Below are positions 1-13,039 of a stretch of 64,000 bases of DNA, piece by piece; position 1 is the stretch's first letter; each line of letters starts with the position of its first letter. A model generated the notes under the pieces. That model did no database searches. It was not told the DNA's origin and saw only the letters and a list, made by a program, of their open reading frames with translations. The position numbers were made by a program, and so were the translations under genes. Origin of the DNA: Octopus bimaculoides (lineage: Eukaryota); NCBI RefSeq assembly GCF_001194135.2, contig NC_068985.1, positions 54,631,627 to 54,695,626 on the forward strand, written 5' to 3'.

Positions 1-172
1 GAACTGTATGCATAAGATGATGACAAAGAACTACAGAGTGGGATACAATATTGTTTAAATTGTTTGGAGGAATGGCAAGTTCTGAGAACTCTTAATTTTG
101 TAGTTTCAATTCTTTTGTAAAATGTAAAGACCTACAAAAAATAACCATTAAAAAATAGACCAGAAATAAACC

Positions 173-241
<69 letters not shown>

Positions 242-2512
242 ATGTGTGTGTGTATGCATCTATATAGATACACACACACATATGTATGTATAGCATATAC
301 AATGCATATATAAGTGTTGGTGTGTATGTATTTTATGTGTATTTGTATTGTACATGACTTTATTAATGCGTCAAACACTCACCAAATGCTAACCAATTTT
401 CACTTTAAACCTTAAAAAAAAAAACCCTATTATAATTATTGAAGTATTTTTCTACAATTTATTTTTCTGTGTTTTATTTTATTTCTATTCTCTTTAATTT
501 TTACAATTTTTTTTTTTGTGTTTTGTTCATTTAAAAAAATTTTTTTACAAGTTAAATAAAATTCTTTTTTTTAAAAAAAAAAAAACTATCTTCCTTATAT
601 TGTCTGCAGTAAAAGACTTGCAGCTTAGGAACAGTTTTTTTTTTTTATGGCAATTTTTAAATAACTGTGATATCTGCTGCATTCTACAAAATTATTTTAA
701 AAAAATAATAAAAGCAAACCAAAAACAGTGATAATATTCTGTGAAAACAAACATATTTTGTATAAAGTTTCATGTGCATTTTTTCTCATTTTTAAGAGTT
801 GTCAAATATTTTGACTTAAAAATTATTATTTTTTAGTTCAGGTTTGTATTAGATAAACAAATAAATAAATAGATATACAAGTATAATGGGGAAAGACAAT
901 TAAGTAATTAATTACTAAAAACTTAAAAGAAATATTTTTAAACATTTATTTTTTGAATCCACAATATGTATATGGCACTAATTAGTTTTAACAGTGGATA
1001 AAGCTGATGACGCTATAAATAATAGTGTCTAGAATATTAGGTTTAAAATCCCTTTAGTCAGAAAAGTCAAAGGCTGCCCATGAAACAAGAACCTATATCT
1101 TCTGTTAATATGACAGATGTTCTAACTACTATACCAAAGCAATCCTTTAAATTTTCTCCTTCTGTTTTAGAAGTTTTGTTCTTACCAGCAAGAATTGTAT
1201 GTTGGTTATACCATAAGAATTAAAACACACCAAGAGCTCTAAAATAGATTGTTTTAAATGATGGAACTTGAAGTAGATAAAGCTATAAAAAACAGTGTAG
1301 AAGATCGAGTTAAAAAAACCCTTGGATGGAAAAAGAAAATGAAGGCTGGATGCAAACATCATAATATGTATCTGTTTTAAGCTTAGAAACTATTGGAGAT
1401 TTTCAATGAATTGTAAATGTTACAGTTTATTTAAGTTTATTAAATTAACACATTAAAAGATACATATAAACCTTGTAATTTTAATAATGAATAACTACAT
1501 ACTAAGGAGAAAACTAAGTTTGATACTATATTGTACAACTGAGCTGCATATATTATATTATTATGTCTAACTAATGAGCTGAATATACAGGTTGCAGCAA
1601 AAATTAAGAAAAAAAATGCAACTTCTCACATTTTATTGGTTGACAAATGTTTAACAGCAAACACACGGTGTTCACTGGTTCAGACCATGATGGCAACATT
1701 AGCTATATGAAGATACCCAACTTTAATAGTGCCACACCAACAGCCATGTCAAAGATGAAAGTTTTTTGCTCCTGCACTATGTATGTGTGTGTGTATATGT
1801 AGTGTGATCTCACAAATGCACAATGTGCATCTTTTGAAATCATGGTGGCAATTGAAAAAAGAAATGGAAAAACCTTAGCTATGTGAAGACACTGTTACTA
1901 TCTGCCTAATTTCACTATGTCCAATGGTCATGTATAAAGTCGAAGGTTTTCTGCATAAAGAAATAGAATTAGAAGCAAAAATTTGGTGAAAAAACCCATG
2001 TCTAGCAGTGTTTCAATGTCTCATCATTTTAGATGAAACATCATCTTTATCAATTTTTAATTCTGATATTTTACAACATGACAGCTATATATATATATAT
2101 ATATAGAGACAGACACAGACAGACAGACAGACAGACAGACAGANNNNNNNNNNNNNNNNNNNNNNNNNNNNNNNNNNNNNNNNNNNNNNNNNNNNNNNNN
2201 NNNNNNNNNNNNNNNNNNNNNNNNNNNNNNNNNNNNNNNNNNNNNNNNNNNNNTATATAGCCGGAAAATATCAATAGTTATGACACTGCTTCTGTCAAAG
2301 TCAATCTGCTTATTCATATGATGGAATGCATCTTTAGGTTGATGCTAAATATTTCACTGGTTAATCTCAAATACTAAGTATTTGATTGGTTATTTGAGTT
2401 AGAGTAGCATGCCACCATGATCAAGTATCTTCTGTTATATTCTTGGGTTGATCAATATCTTGTGACTGGAATTTGGTAGATGGAAACTGTGTGGAAGTTT
2501 GTTGAAAGAGGG

Positions 2513-2545
<33 letters not shown>

Positions 2546-3249
2546 ACACCAGAGAAAGCACATAAATGTGAAACAAGATGGAAAAAATAGTACTTGAATA
2601 GTGGAGGTAGAGTAATATGCTTTATTTTCAACCAAAACTGTCTGACGAATGGGAATGTGAAACTCTGAGTAACTGTTTTTGTGATGTCTTTTCAGCTTTA
2701 TTAATAAAGTGTATATATGTGTGTGTGTGTGTATGTGAGTGTACTACACATAATTGCACTCACACACATATATTTTAAACAGGCTCCTGCATAGTTTCCA
2801 TCATTCAAACAAAAGTCCTACTTGACACAAATTATATCATTAAATAAATATTAAATTTAATATCAAAACTGGCTAAGTTTACAATGAAATTAAATTTATT
2901 ACATTAATAATTAAAATTATTCTGCTAAATAATAATTTTAGACATACATAATCGAAATAAAATTATTAGAAAACTTACATTATTTAACAAAGTAATTATC
3001 ATTATAGAATTATAGATATGGTTGCAGTGAAACTACCACAGACCTAAAGAAACAATGGTCACAATAATACACATCTATTATGTATAATCAAACAATCTTT
3101 GAAATATATATTCATTACAGTTTTTTTTTAAATACTATTTAATACTATTTATTTGTCTGCTCTATTTCAATGAATTTTATTTCTCATATCCAAATTTTTC
3201 TTTATCACCTTTATAAATGCCAATTTAAAATTTCATTTTAGAGATTTAG

Positions 3250-3545
3250 TAAAGCCAATGACACCGATGACTGCCAATCTGCCATCTTTAATGGCTTTAT
3301 CAGCTGAGATTGATCATCAAGGGTTTTCAGGTAAGGCCTATGGAACTCTGGGAATTTCAAGAGTTGGCAGAAGAGTCATCAAGAACAATGTAGAGGCTGC
3401 TGAAAAAGCATCCGGATGGGTTTGGCTGGAAATAGGTGATTGGTGGGGTCAGTAGAATGCTTCTCAGATGCAACCCTAAGCTTGAGGAAGTTAGATCAGG
3501 TTGCCTGGATGAGTGTAATGGCTTGGAAATGAAGAATTCAGCAAA
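3250..3545 (+). mobile_element. HERO-like (RLE-endonuclease, NeSL-group) non-LTR retrotransposon 3' remnant
   Basis: Reads AEIDHQGFSGKAYGTLGISRVGRRVIKNNVEAAEKASGWVWLE, resembling the C-terminal VEVGCRGF...AEKASRWLW motif of HERO-type ORFs; followed by ggttgcctggatgag of the typical 3' UTR. Confidence 0.7.
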
Positions 3546-3635
3546 TAGCTTTTCAATATAACTAATGACACCTAATAATAACATAAACATCCACCTCTCA
3601 GTATATTGCTCTTTATAGTTCAGCATACATCTACA

Positions 3636-3950
3636 GATGCAATTCTTGGACCCATCATCAGTGTTGTATCCTGGAATCACTGGCTGTTTGGGGTTTTACA
3701 ATAGACACCCTCATCCAGGCAATCTGGCCTATATTGATTGAGACTAGGCTTGTGTCCAAGCAGCAATCTTTGACCTCACTGACCATCTTTTTAAACCAGA
3801 GCCCCAGAGCCATCTAGAGCTTTTCTCAGCTGTCTCTATGTTGCTCTTGATAGCTCTTCTTTGCTCATTCCTGTAAAGTTCAAGATTACAATGGTTTTGC
3901 TCAAAGCACAACTGATCCGTTGACTGCTAACCTTCACTGGCAAATCCATT
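3636..3950 (-). mobile_element. Second HERO-like 3' remnant, opposite orientation
   Basis: Minus strand reads EQRRAIKSNIETAEKSSRWLW followed by ...ttgcctggatgagggtgtct...aaaccccaaacagccagtgattccaggatacaacactgatgatgggtcc, matching the recalled HERO 3' UTR pattern. Confidence 0.75.
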
Positions 3951-4186
3951 AAGGATGGTAGAATTATTAGTGTCGAACATAAATACCATACAATATTTAG
4001 TTAGGCCTCTTGATGTTCTGAGTTCCGATCCTGCTGAGGTTATTTTACTTTTCATCATAAAATACCAATCCAAGACTGTGGTTAATATAATCAACTATAC
4101 CCCTCCCCCAGATTTAAGGTCTTCTGTCAATATTATTAACCCATTAGTGTAGCTAATTGGCACTTTGTTGGTTGTGCTCTATTAAG

Positions 4187-4469
4187 AGCAATTCAATCAG
4201 TGGAACAGCCTGTTAGTGAAATTAGCATGCAACTGGCTGGGCTCTCCACAGACATGCATACCCTTAACATAGTTTTTGGAGATTCAGCATGACACTTAAT
4301 GTAACAAGGCTGACTCTTTGAATTACAAGTACAACTCATTTTTGTCAGCTGAGTGGGCTGGAGTAATGTGAAATAAAGTATCTTGGTGAAGGACACAATG
4401 CACCATCAAAAATCCATCATATTACCTTATAATCATGAGCCAAATACCCTAGCCACTGAGCTACACACC
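4187..4469 (-). mobile_element. Degenerate tRNA-derived SINE (tail shared with the 21864 element)
   Basis: tRNA-like head at ~4400-4469, ccagcccactcagctg central segment, tail homologous to 22080-22210. Confidence 0.7.
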
Positions 4470-4633
4470 TTCACAACCCATTAGTATATTCATTCATTAA
4501 ATAACTGATTAAGCCCTTTTATTTATTTTCTTTTAGATATTTTGTCTCATTGTATATTTTATTTTCCCATTATTGTCACCGTTGTTGTTTATAAACTTAA
4601 AACAAACTCATATCAGAATATTCAAACATTTAA

Positions 4634-4868
4634 GGCAGTGAGCTGGCAGAAACGTTAGCATGTCAGGCGAAATGCTTAGCGGTATTTCGTCTGCCGCTAT
4701 GTTCTGAGTTCAAATCCCGCTGAGGTCGACTTTGCCTTTCGTCCTTTTGGGGTCGATTAAATAAGTACCAGTTACGCACGGGAGTCGATATAATCGACTT
4801 AATCTGTTTGTCTGTCCTTGTTTGTCCCCTCTGCGTTTAGCCCCTTGTGGGCAATAAAGAAATAAGAA
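4634..4868 (+). mobile_element. tRNA-derived SINE, family A (ggcagtgagctggcagaa... type; octopus OK/OR-type SINE)
   Basis: A-box-like gagctggcagaa, B-box gagttcaaatccc; more than 10 further degenerate copies in this window (e.g. 32650-32860, 55340-55540, 34930-35720, 51720-52285). Confidence 0.85.
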
Positions 4869-6625
4869 TATTCAAATGCAACAAACATACAAATGATAGC
4901 ATAACAACATAAAAGTCAACCAGTATAGTAATCAAAACTATAATATGATTAATTAACTATTGTTACTGCAGCAGTTGTATATCTCATATCCACCAAATAA
5001 TCCAGTTAGAGTTAGTGTTCTTTAACATTCTAGTCAGGACTTCGAGAGATTGTAACTAAAATGAAGGGATGTTGAATTAGGCAGTGCAGAGTAGGGTGGG
5101 GGACACTTTGTTGATGTAAGAAAAACAAAACAAAATGGACAATGAAACTTTATATTATCTGAACTTTAAAGTTGTTTTTTTTAAACTTACATTTAATTTA
5201 TCTTTTCCTTGCATGAACTGGTACCAAAATATATTCTTGAAAAAAAAAACACAAAGAAAAAAAGATATTCAAAATAGTCTTGATACACTTTATTTCATTA
5301 AATATAAAAGTTTTTTTTTCTTTTTTTCTTTTTTTTCATGGTTTCTGAATGCAGTTATTTATGGGATGCATGAATTTTAATTTCATCAATAATTTCCTTT
5401 GAATTACACCAAATTTATTAATTTAGTTCAACTGTAGATAAATCACAGATTTGATCTGAAGCAAAAATGTGTTAGCAACTGGTTCAAACTATTTCAGCCA
5501 AAATGACTGCTCCAATACTGTGTGTTTAATTATTTTATATCAACTGTGTCGTGGAAGGTGATGTATTATTACAAATAAATAAGTTTTAAACACTTAGGTG
5601 TCTAGATATTGTAGTTATTTAGAAATTTGCTCTTTTTATTTTCTACTTTGCTATAAAATTCTTGTGTCTTGTCCAAGTTTCACTTCACAATATGGTGCTA
5701 TGTGTCTTGCAGAACCAATGTCTCACAACATAAGCTATGTCATTCCACACATTTTATATATCGGCTGTTATAAAACATTTCTTGAGAAGCAGTTAAAATA
5801 GTCACAGTCATTTGTTCTCTTGCTATTTATTCTATGAAGATAAACATTTAATTTAACTGGGGGCATGTTACTGAATGAAGTCACAAATGACAATGAATCA
5901 ACTCTAACCAACCAGCTGATTGATTGACTGATCATATGATTAATTATTTGGTTAACTAGTTGACTAATAATAATGATAATAATAAAAAGAAGTGAAATAG
6001 AACCAGTGCATGTTTGTTATTGGTAAAATGACCTTTTCAAAATACAACAGTATATGCTTCAACACATTTACACACCAAGAATCTTTGCAAAACAAATACA
6101 AAAGTGGAATAATAATTTATTGTATTGAACAGAAAAACAAGAGTACCATATAGTTTGTTGGATTAGGATGTGATGGAACCTATTGTCAGTTCAATATGTA
6201 TTTTCACTTGTTTTCAAAAGAAGGTCAAACCTCCAAGCTAACAAGATTGAAACTTCTACTGATAAGACATTTTTCTAGCTAAATCATGTGTGAGGTTTTC
6301 TAGTAAATTATCTTTATAGATTCTTCTCTCCTTTGTCATTCACTAATTGTAGCACTGCCATCACAACAGTAACAACAACAACACTATACAATAAACTGCT
6401 GAAATGAGATTAAAGTCTTAACAATTTATTACTGAGTCAACAATATAGAAAGACGACATTATTAAGAGAGACAACATTATTAAGAGTAGATGACTTTCAA
6501 AACTATTTAGAAATCTAAAATAAAATGACAATCTGTTATAAAAATTCCTAAAATAGTAATAAGTTTTATATAAGCAAAAATATCAGAAATACTTTAAAAT
6601 GTTGTAAATCATTCTTATTTCTGAA

Positions 6626-6655
6626 GTAGTAGTAGTAGTAGAAGTAGTAGTAGTA

Positions 6656-6689
<34 letters not shown>

Positions 6690-6713
6690 AATCATTAGTA
6701 GCAATAGTAGTAA
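6626..6713. repeat. (AGT)n microsatellite; one of many (TA)n, (CA)n, (GA)n, (AAT)n, (GAT)n tracts
   Basis: Direct reading. Confidence 0.9.
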
Positions 6714-8989
6714 TATGCACTGAGAAAATAGTTTACCTTTTCTTGTGTTTTTTTAAATTTTTTTTATTTACATTACATCTCACTTGGTGTTATCTCTAGT
6801 TATCTTCAGTGTTTATATTTTACCATACATTCATATCTTTGGATGGAAATCAACACACACATCCCTCTGTAACCAATTCCATGGTTCAATGTTTATATCT
6901 ATTCTGCCATTCTGACAGAATGCATATGGTATCTTGAGTTACTAATAAAGATTTATTATCAGTTCAATACTAACAACATGAATATATTGTATGTCTATTA
7001 TGGTACCAGAACACAAATGATTAATATATATAAAGATATCTGATGTATACAGAGAAATTTTGAAATGTGAGCTTCATGGAATATTATTATAATAATTGAT
7101 TTTTTTCAATTTGATCTAAACAAAAATAATTTCATAGCAAGAAACATGAAAATTGTAAATTTGCAAATATAAAATATTAATTTTTTTTTTCAGCATTTAA
7201 ATATTTAACAAATAATTTCAATTATTTAAAAGTGATTTTTCTCTTCTAACTCTATCCCCTAAATTTGACATTTAATTAAGCAGGCATAAATATTTTAAGT
7301 AATTAACAAATTTGTAACTATTAATTCATTCTCCAGAATTTAAATACATAAAAACAATTATGTAATTAAATAATTAATGAAACCAAAATATATAAACCTC
7401 CTAAGACAATTTTCAACCATTTTTTTTCACTAAACTGTGTATAATGTTTAGCTCGGCAACTTGGTTCTTTTGTCTAATTGGTCTTCATATTTCTTGTAAG
7501 CATAATTCCTCATTTTGTTTTCATCTAATTATTTGTGTAATTAGACCAACACACTATAGAATATTTTAATTGCTTCTTTTAATTCTATTATTGTTTTATA
7601 TCACCTTGCTTCTTTTTGCCTGTATGTCGTAGCTTCTCAAATAAAAAGCATTGCTTCTCAACCTTTTTCTTTAGTCATTCTATTTCTTTTTTGACTTCTT
7701 TCTCTATTGGAATAATTTCTTTGAATATTATCATAATTCAGTTGAGGGGTCTTGTCTTGTGAATTACTTGGTGACTTCACTGGTGCTAGTGCTACATAAA
7801 AAGCACCCAGTACACTCTGTAAAGTGGTTGGCATTAGGAAAGACATCTGCCTGTAGAAACCATGCCAAAGCAGACAGGGGAGTTTGGCACAGTCCTCCAG
7901 TTCACCAGCTCCTGTCAAATTGTCTAACCCATGCCAGCATGGAAAATGGATGTGAAATGCTGATGATGATCCTGATTATGAATGAGAGAACATTTATCAT
8001 TTTATTTGTATTTGTAATTCTTTTCAAGATAACTATATCCATTAGCATGCTGGCTTCTGCCATAAATGGTTGGCAGTTAGATTTGGACATCTGGAAGTTA
8101 ACATCTACAGAAAGTAAAGTACATGGGTGAAAAGAAAATTCTAAGGCTCAGGCAAAGCAGTTAGTTGTGGGCATAAAACAGAAGTGGCTGAGTGAAAGGA
8201 AAAAAGATATTTCAGGGTCCTGGGTAGAGTTGTTACGTTATTAACTAGGTCAGGGCGTCATAATAGTGGATACAATTATGAGAGACTGAAGTATGTTGGT
8301 GAGTGACTCATTGCTAATTAGTCAGAAAAGGACATTCTTTTAGATATGGGGAGTTTAGATAGCTACAAAAAATATCCTAGCTATGGGAGCACTAACCATT
8401 GTGGGGTTTTCTTGAAGGTCAGTGACTGATCTGCACTAAAAGATTTTACTAGTCCTGAAGAGGAAGGTTAGTATTGTGGGAAATAGTTTTAGGTTATTTA
8501 TACAGGGATTCCATGAGCTTTCATTAGAGACTGAGAAGTCTAGCATTTGTTGTAACTTACATGGTTCCAATTATGTTGTTTATCAAGAAAGTCTGTTACC
8601 TAAGACTAATTATATCACAAAGTTATGTGGGGTTAGTGCAAGGGTTAGTTTGAGTTACAGAATAGTAGTTTAAGTAGGAAAAAACCCCCCAAAACATGAA
8701 ATAATTCATGAAGATGTTATCTCTGTTTATGGGAAATGGCTTCTCTGTGTATGTAAAGGAGTTTTTTTTTACTTCTTGAGTCTGTGAGAAGGGCTTCAGA
8801 GACTAATTAAATCAATGCCATTAATGTTCTGTTTAAACTATTGCAGATCAATACTTGCTGAAAAGAAATGAATTGGGAGAAAATTCCAGAGGGTTGGTGT
8901 TCTGGTGAGAAAGGACTAGATATAGAGGTTGCCACAGGGTTGGGGCTGGGGGTGGAAACTCATCTTTCTTTCAGGAACAGAACTTTATG

Positions 8990-9540
8990 GATGCCACTAT
9001 TATTACTGGCATGATGAAAGGTAAGTCTGAAGAGATTGTAGAGATGCAGAGATAAGTATAGATGTGTGCTGTGTACAAGAGATAAGATGGAAAGGATCCT
9101 CAGTCAGGCACCTCACATGCAAGAAACAGTACTATAAGTTTGTTTGGGTAAGTAACACTATTGGTGTGGATGGAGGAGGTGCAGTGTTTGTAATGAAATG
9201 AATAGACTGTAGTCAGAATATATGACAATGTAACTGAGTTTAAGCTAGTCATAGACAAAAATTACTGCTGCTATTATGTGACTAAAGTACCACAACTAGT
9301 GATATCCTCTAGTAGACTATTCCTATAATGGTGGCTTTGTAAATATGGATAGTGCTTAAATGGAGGTATTGGAACATTAGGTTACTCAAATGTGCATGGA
9401 GGTTCTAGTTATTGTAATGGAATAAAGATGGTGGCTAAGAGAGTTCTGTGATATAAATTACTTAAATGTAAATGGAGGTTATAGATATCATAAGTAAAGA
9501 TGATGGCACTAATTTCAGAAAGTTAGCAGCCGCTTGATCA
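8990..9540 (+). mobile_element. Degenerate RTE-type LINE, APE endonuclease region
   Basis: Frameshifted reading MKGKSEEIVEM..DVCCVQEIRWKG...YKFVWV matches the N-terminal APE motif pattern of RTE ORF2. Confidence 0.65.
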
Positions 9541-11308
9541 CCTAGCACTCAGGTGAACAAACTAACCAGGTAGACTCTAAACTCACCAGGAAACAATAGG
9601 GGATGGATATAATGTCAGTGGATGTGGTAAATATAAACTGAAAAGAAATCCATTGTATATGTGTGTATATATGGATATTTGTGTGTGTGTGTGTGTGTAT
9701 CTCTGTGCATATGTGTATCTCTGTGCATGTGTGTATCTTCTTGTCTTGACATGATGCTTTAGCTGTCAGCAAGCATTGGCATCATGCAAATGGTGTTGTT
9801 TGTTTTTCCAGTCTTCCATGAAAATCATATTCAGCTATGGGGAAACAAGTTAGGGTTGGTAATAGGAATGACGTTTAACCATTGAAAATCTGCCTCAATG
9901 AATTGCATCTGGTTCATACAAGCATGGAAATGTGCTCATTAAAATTATGATGATGATGATGATTATATAGGATAAGCTAAACCTCAACAAAAAAACTTGT
10001 TATGGATGACTTTTTAATCAATAATAGCTTCTCAACAAAATTTTTACTTCTATTTTATACCCTCATTATCATGACTAGGGTCAATAAATTAATCCATCTT
10101 ATTCTCTAGACAAAATCATTTATTTAATAAAGCACAAATTATTTCTGAAATTATTTCTAGAATGAAGAAAGAGTGTTTGTGATCATGGATCGACTGAATA
10201 TTCAGTTCAAAATTATTTCATTATGATACGTCTTTCTCCCTTTCCATCTCTTCTACAGCAAAACCTGTTCCTGTCCCTCTTAACACCTGGTACTAAGCCA
10301 TCTTTCTCAATACTAGACCCTCACTTAGTCAAGGAGTTCTTATGTTGCAATTACTTGGTGACCTCACTAGTGCTGCTGTTATAAAGAATGCACTGAGTAT
10401 ACTCTGGAAAGTGGTTGGTGTTAGGAAGCGCATCCAGCTATAGAAAAACGTGTCAAAGAAGGCACTGACGCATATTCTTTGGTTCATTGGATCTTGTTGA
10501 ACAGTCAAACATATGCCAGCATAGGAGACACGTTAAATGATGATGATGATGATGACATTTGAGACATAGAACAGTCTTGATCGAATACTTATGTTATAAA
10601 GGTAATTGTCAATCAACTAGGTGAAATTCACAGATCTGGTGTTCAAGGTATACTATTTGTCATAAGAAATAATGATTTCTGATTTAGGCACAAGGCCAGA
10701 AATTTTCAAGTGAGGGAGTTTAGTTGATTATATTGGCTCCAATACTTGACAACTACTTTATTTCATCAACCTAAAAGGCAAAGTTGACCTTAGTGGGATT
10801 TGGGCTTAGAATATAGAATCAGAACAAATATTGCAAGCTATTCTGTCTGATGCTATAATGATTCTGTCAAACCATCCCACTGGAATGTTAGAAATGATTA
10901 TAACATATTAAGATATCAAAGACTTTATTCCACAAATAATGTTAGTGCTCAATAACTGGCTTAAGGAAGGGAGACTACTCCTTCATCATTTGATACATCA
11001 ATCTTTAAAAGAATGCTGAATCACAACTGAGTTTTATGACATGGATTACAGTTGTTGTTTAGTTTCAGGCCAGTCTTGATTGAACAGATTTATAATTAAA
11101 TGTGTTGCACTTGTGATCACCCTATATAACCAGGGTTATGTTACTCTGGGCAAATATGCCTATGTACCCCTTTTAAAACAGTAGCATATGTAATTTAATG
11201 GATATCTGGCTTCTATTTCTAACTTGTTGAGCAATCAAGTAGAAGTCCCCTGTCCCCACTACACCCACCATCATTTTACAATGCAGTAGTTTGGATAGAA
11301 TCATTAGA

Positions 11309-11571
11309 TAATAAAATAATAAATGCGCCCTTTTAAAGCCTAGCCAGGCTCATGGGCCCGGTTTCCAGGTTTCGATGGTGTATGTGTTCCCCAGCTGGAT
11401 GGGACGCCAGTCCATCGCAGCGTTACTCATTTTTGCCAGCTGAGTGGACTGGAGCAACATGAAATGAAGTGTTTTGCTCAAGAACACAACGCGTCGCTCA
11501 GTCCAGGAATCGAAACCACAATCTTACGATCATGGTGCTGACACCCTAACCACTAAACCACGCGCCTCCAC
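11309..11571 (-). mobile_element. tRNA-headed SINE with ctccagtccactcagctg / gcgatggactggcgtcccatccag core, flanked by 12-bp target-site duplication
   Basis: A/B boxes (tggtttagtgg, gtttcgattcc) on minus strand; direct repeat agaatcattaga at 11297-11308 and 11572-11583. Confidence 0.85.
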
Positions 11572-11875
11572 AGAATCATTAGAGTGTAGGACAAAATGCT
11601 TTGTTGTTCTAGTTCACTGAGTTCAAATCTCACCAAGGACAACTTTACTTTCATCTTTGAGGCATAATAAAATAAAGAGCCAAATCAGGGCTGTAGATTG
11701 ACAGAATTGACAGAATGCCAGAATAAGATGCCTCAAAGTATTTGTTCCTGACCACATGGTTCAGGGTTCAGTCCCATGGTGTGGCACTTTGGGAAAATGT
11801 CTTCTACTATAGCCTTGGACTGACCAAAGCCTTGTAGGTGGATTTGGTAGAAGGAAACTGAAAGGAGCCTGTCAA

Positions 11876-11922
<47 letters not shown>

Positions 11923-12670
11923 CGCATATCTATGTCTGTGTTTGTCCCCTACCACTGTTTAACTAGAGTTGATGTGTTTACATCCCCATAACTTAGCAGT
12001 TCAGTAAAAGGGACCAATAGGATAAGTACCAGGCTTAAAAAGAAAATAAGTACTGGGGTTGATTAATTTGACTAAAATTCCTCAAGGCACTGCCCCAGCA
12101 TGGCCACAACCTGATGACTGAAACAAACAAGTGATAAAAGGCTGTGTGGTTAAGAGGCTTGTTTTGTAATCACATGGCTCCAAGTTCAGTCTCATAGTGT
12201 GGCACTGACTGACTAATGTCATGTGAATGAATCTGCCACCTACAACAAGTCTAACCATATATTTATATTCTATAATTTTCACTTTATAACTATTTTCCTT
12301 CATTAGCATTGACCTAATAAAATTAATTGACAGGCACTCCGTCAGTTATGACAAGTGTTCCAGTTGAACTGATCAACAGAACTACCTGTTCGTGAAATTA
12401 ACATGCAAATGGTTGAGCACTCCAGATACATGTACCCTTAACCCTTTAGCATTCAAACTGGCCATACCTGACCAAATATTTAACCTGTTTTAATTTGAAA
12501 CTGACCAGATTGGGTGTCTTACTTCAACCCTACCATGTCATTCTAAAAATAAATAATCACATCATTGAAATCTCTAAACCAAATTATAATGCAGTTCTAT
12601 ATTTAAGAGATGAGGAATTATGTACATTATTTACGTTTGATGGATATTTGTCCTCATCATGTTTGTTGTT

Positions 12671-12716
12671 AACACAATGTTTCACCTGATATACCCTCCA
12701 GCCTTCATCAGGTGTC
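12671..12716 (-). ncRNA. Minimal type I hammerhead ribozyme-like motif (left arm), degenerate
   Basis: Minus strand gacac CTGATGA a ggctg gagggtatat caggt GAAAC att gtgtt; stem I gacac/gtgtt can pair. Confidence 0.6.
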
Positions 12717-12995
12717 TTGGAGAAATTTTGAACCTGGGTTTTCATTCCTAAGGTATTTTTCGATGTTGTTATTATTATTATTATTCAGGTCACTGCCTGG
12801 AATCGAACTCGGAATCTTGGTGTTAGTAGCCCACGCTCTTAACCACTATGCCATATGGCGTAGTGGTTAAGAGTGCAAGCTACTAACCCCAAGATTCCAA
12901 GTTCAATTCCAGTCAGTGATCTGAATAATAACAACAACAACAACAACATCGAAAAATACCATAGGAATGAGAACCCAAGTTCGAAATTTCCCCAA

Positions 12996-13039
12996 GATAC
13001 CTGATGAAAGCTGGAGGGTATATCAGTCGAAACGTGTTA
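12996..13039 (+). ncRNA. Minimal type I hammerhead ribozyme-like motif (right arm), degenerate
   Basis: CTGATGA at 13001-13007, short stem II ctg/cag, GAAAC at 13029-13033; resembles Penelope-associated minimal hammerheads. Confidence 0.6.

Noticed and set aside
1-15. GAA CTG TAT GCA TAA could be the end of a plus-strand gene followed by an AT-rich 3' UTR
   Set aside because: Only four codons are visible; no recognisable homology or splice context
8130-8660. Possible CR1-type RT remnant on the minus strand
   Set aside because: No intact diagnostic motif readable; cannot be supported without a search
12855-12925. tRNA-like sequences here and at 21864, 4634 and 11500
   Set aside because: They have A/B boxes but continue into repeat bodies and lack a complete cloverleaf; SINE heads, not tRNA genes
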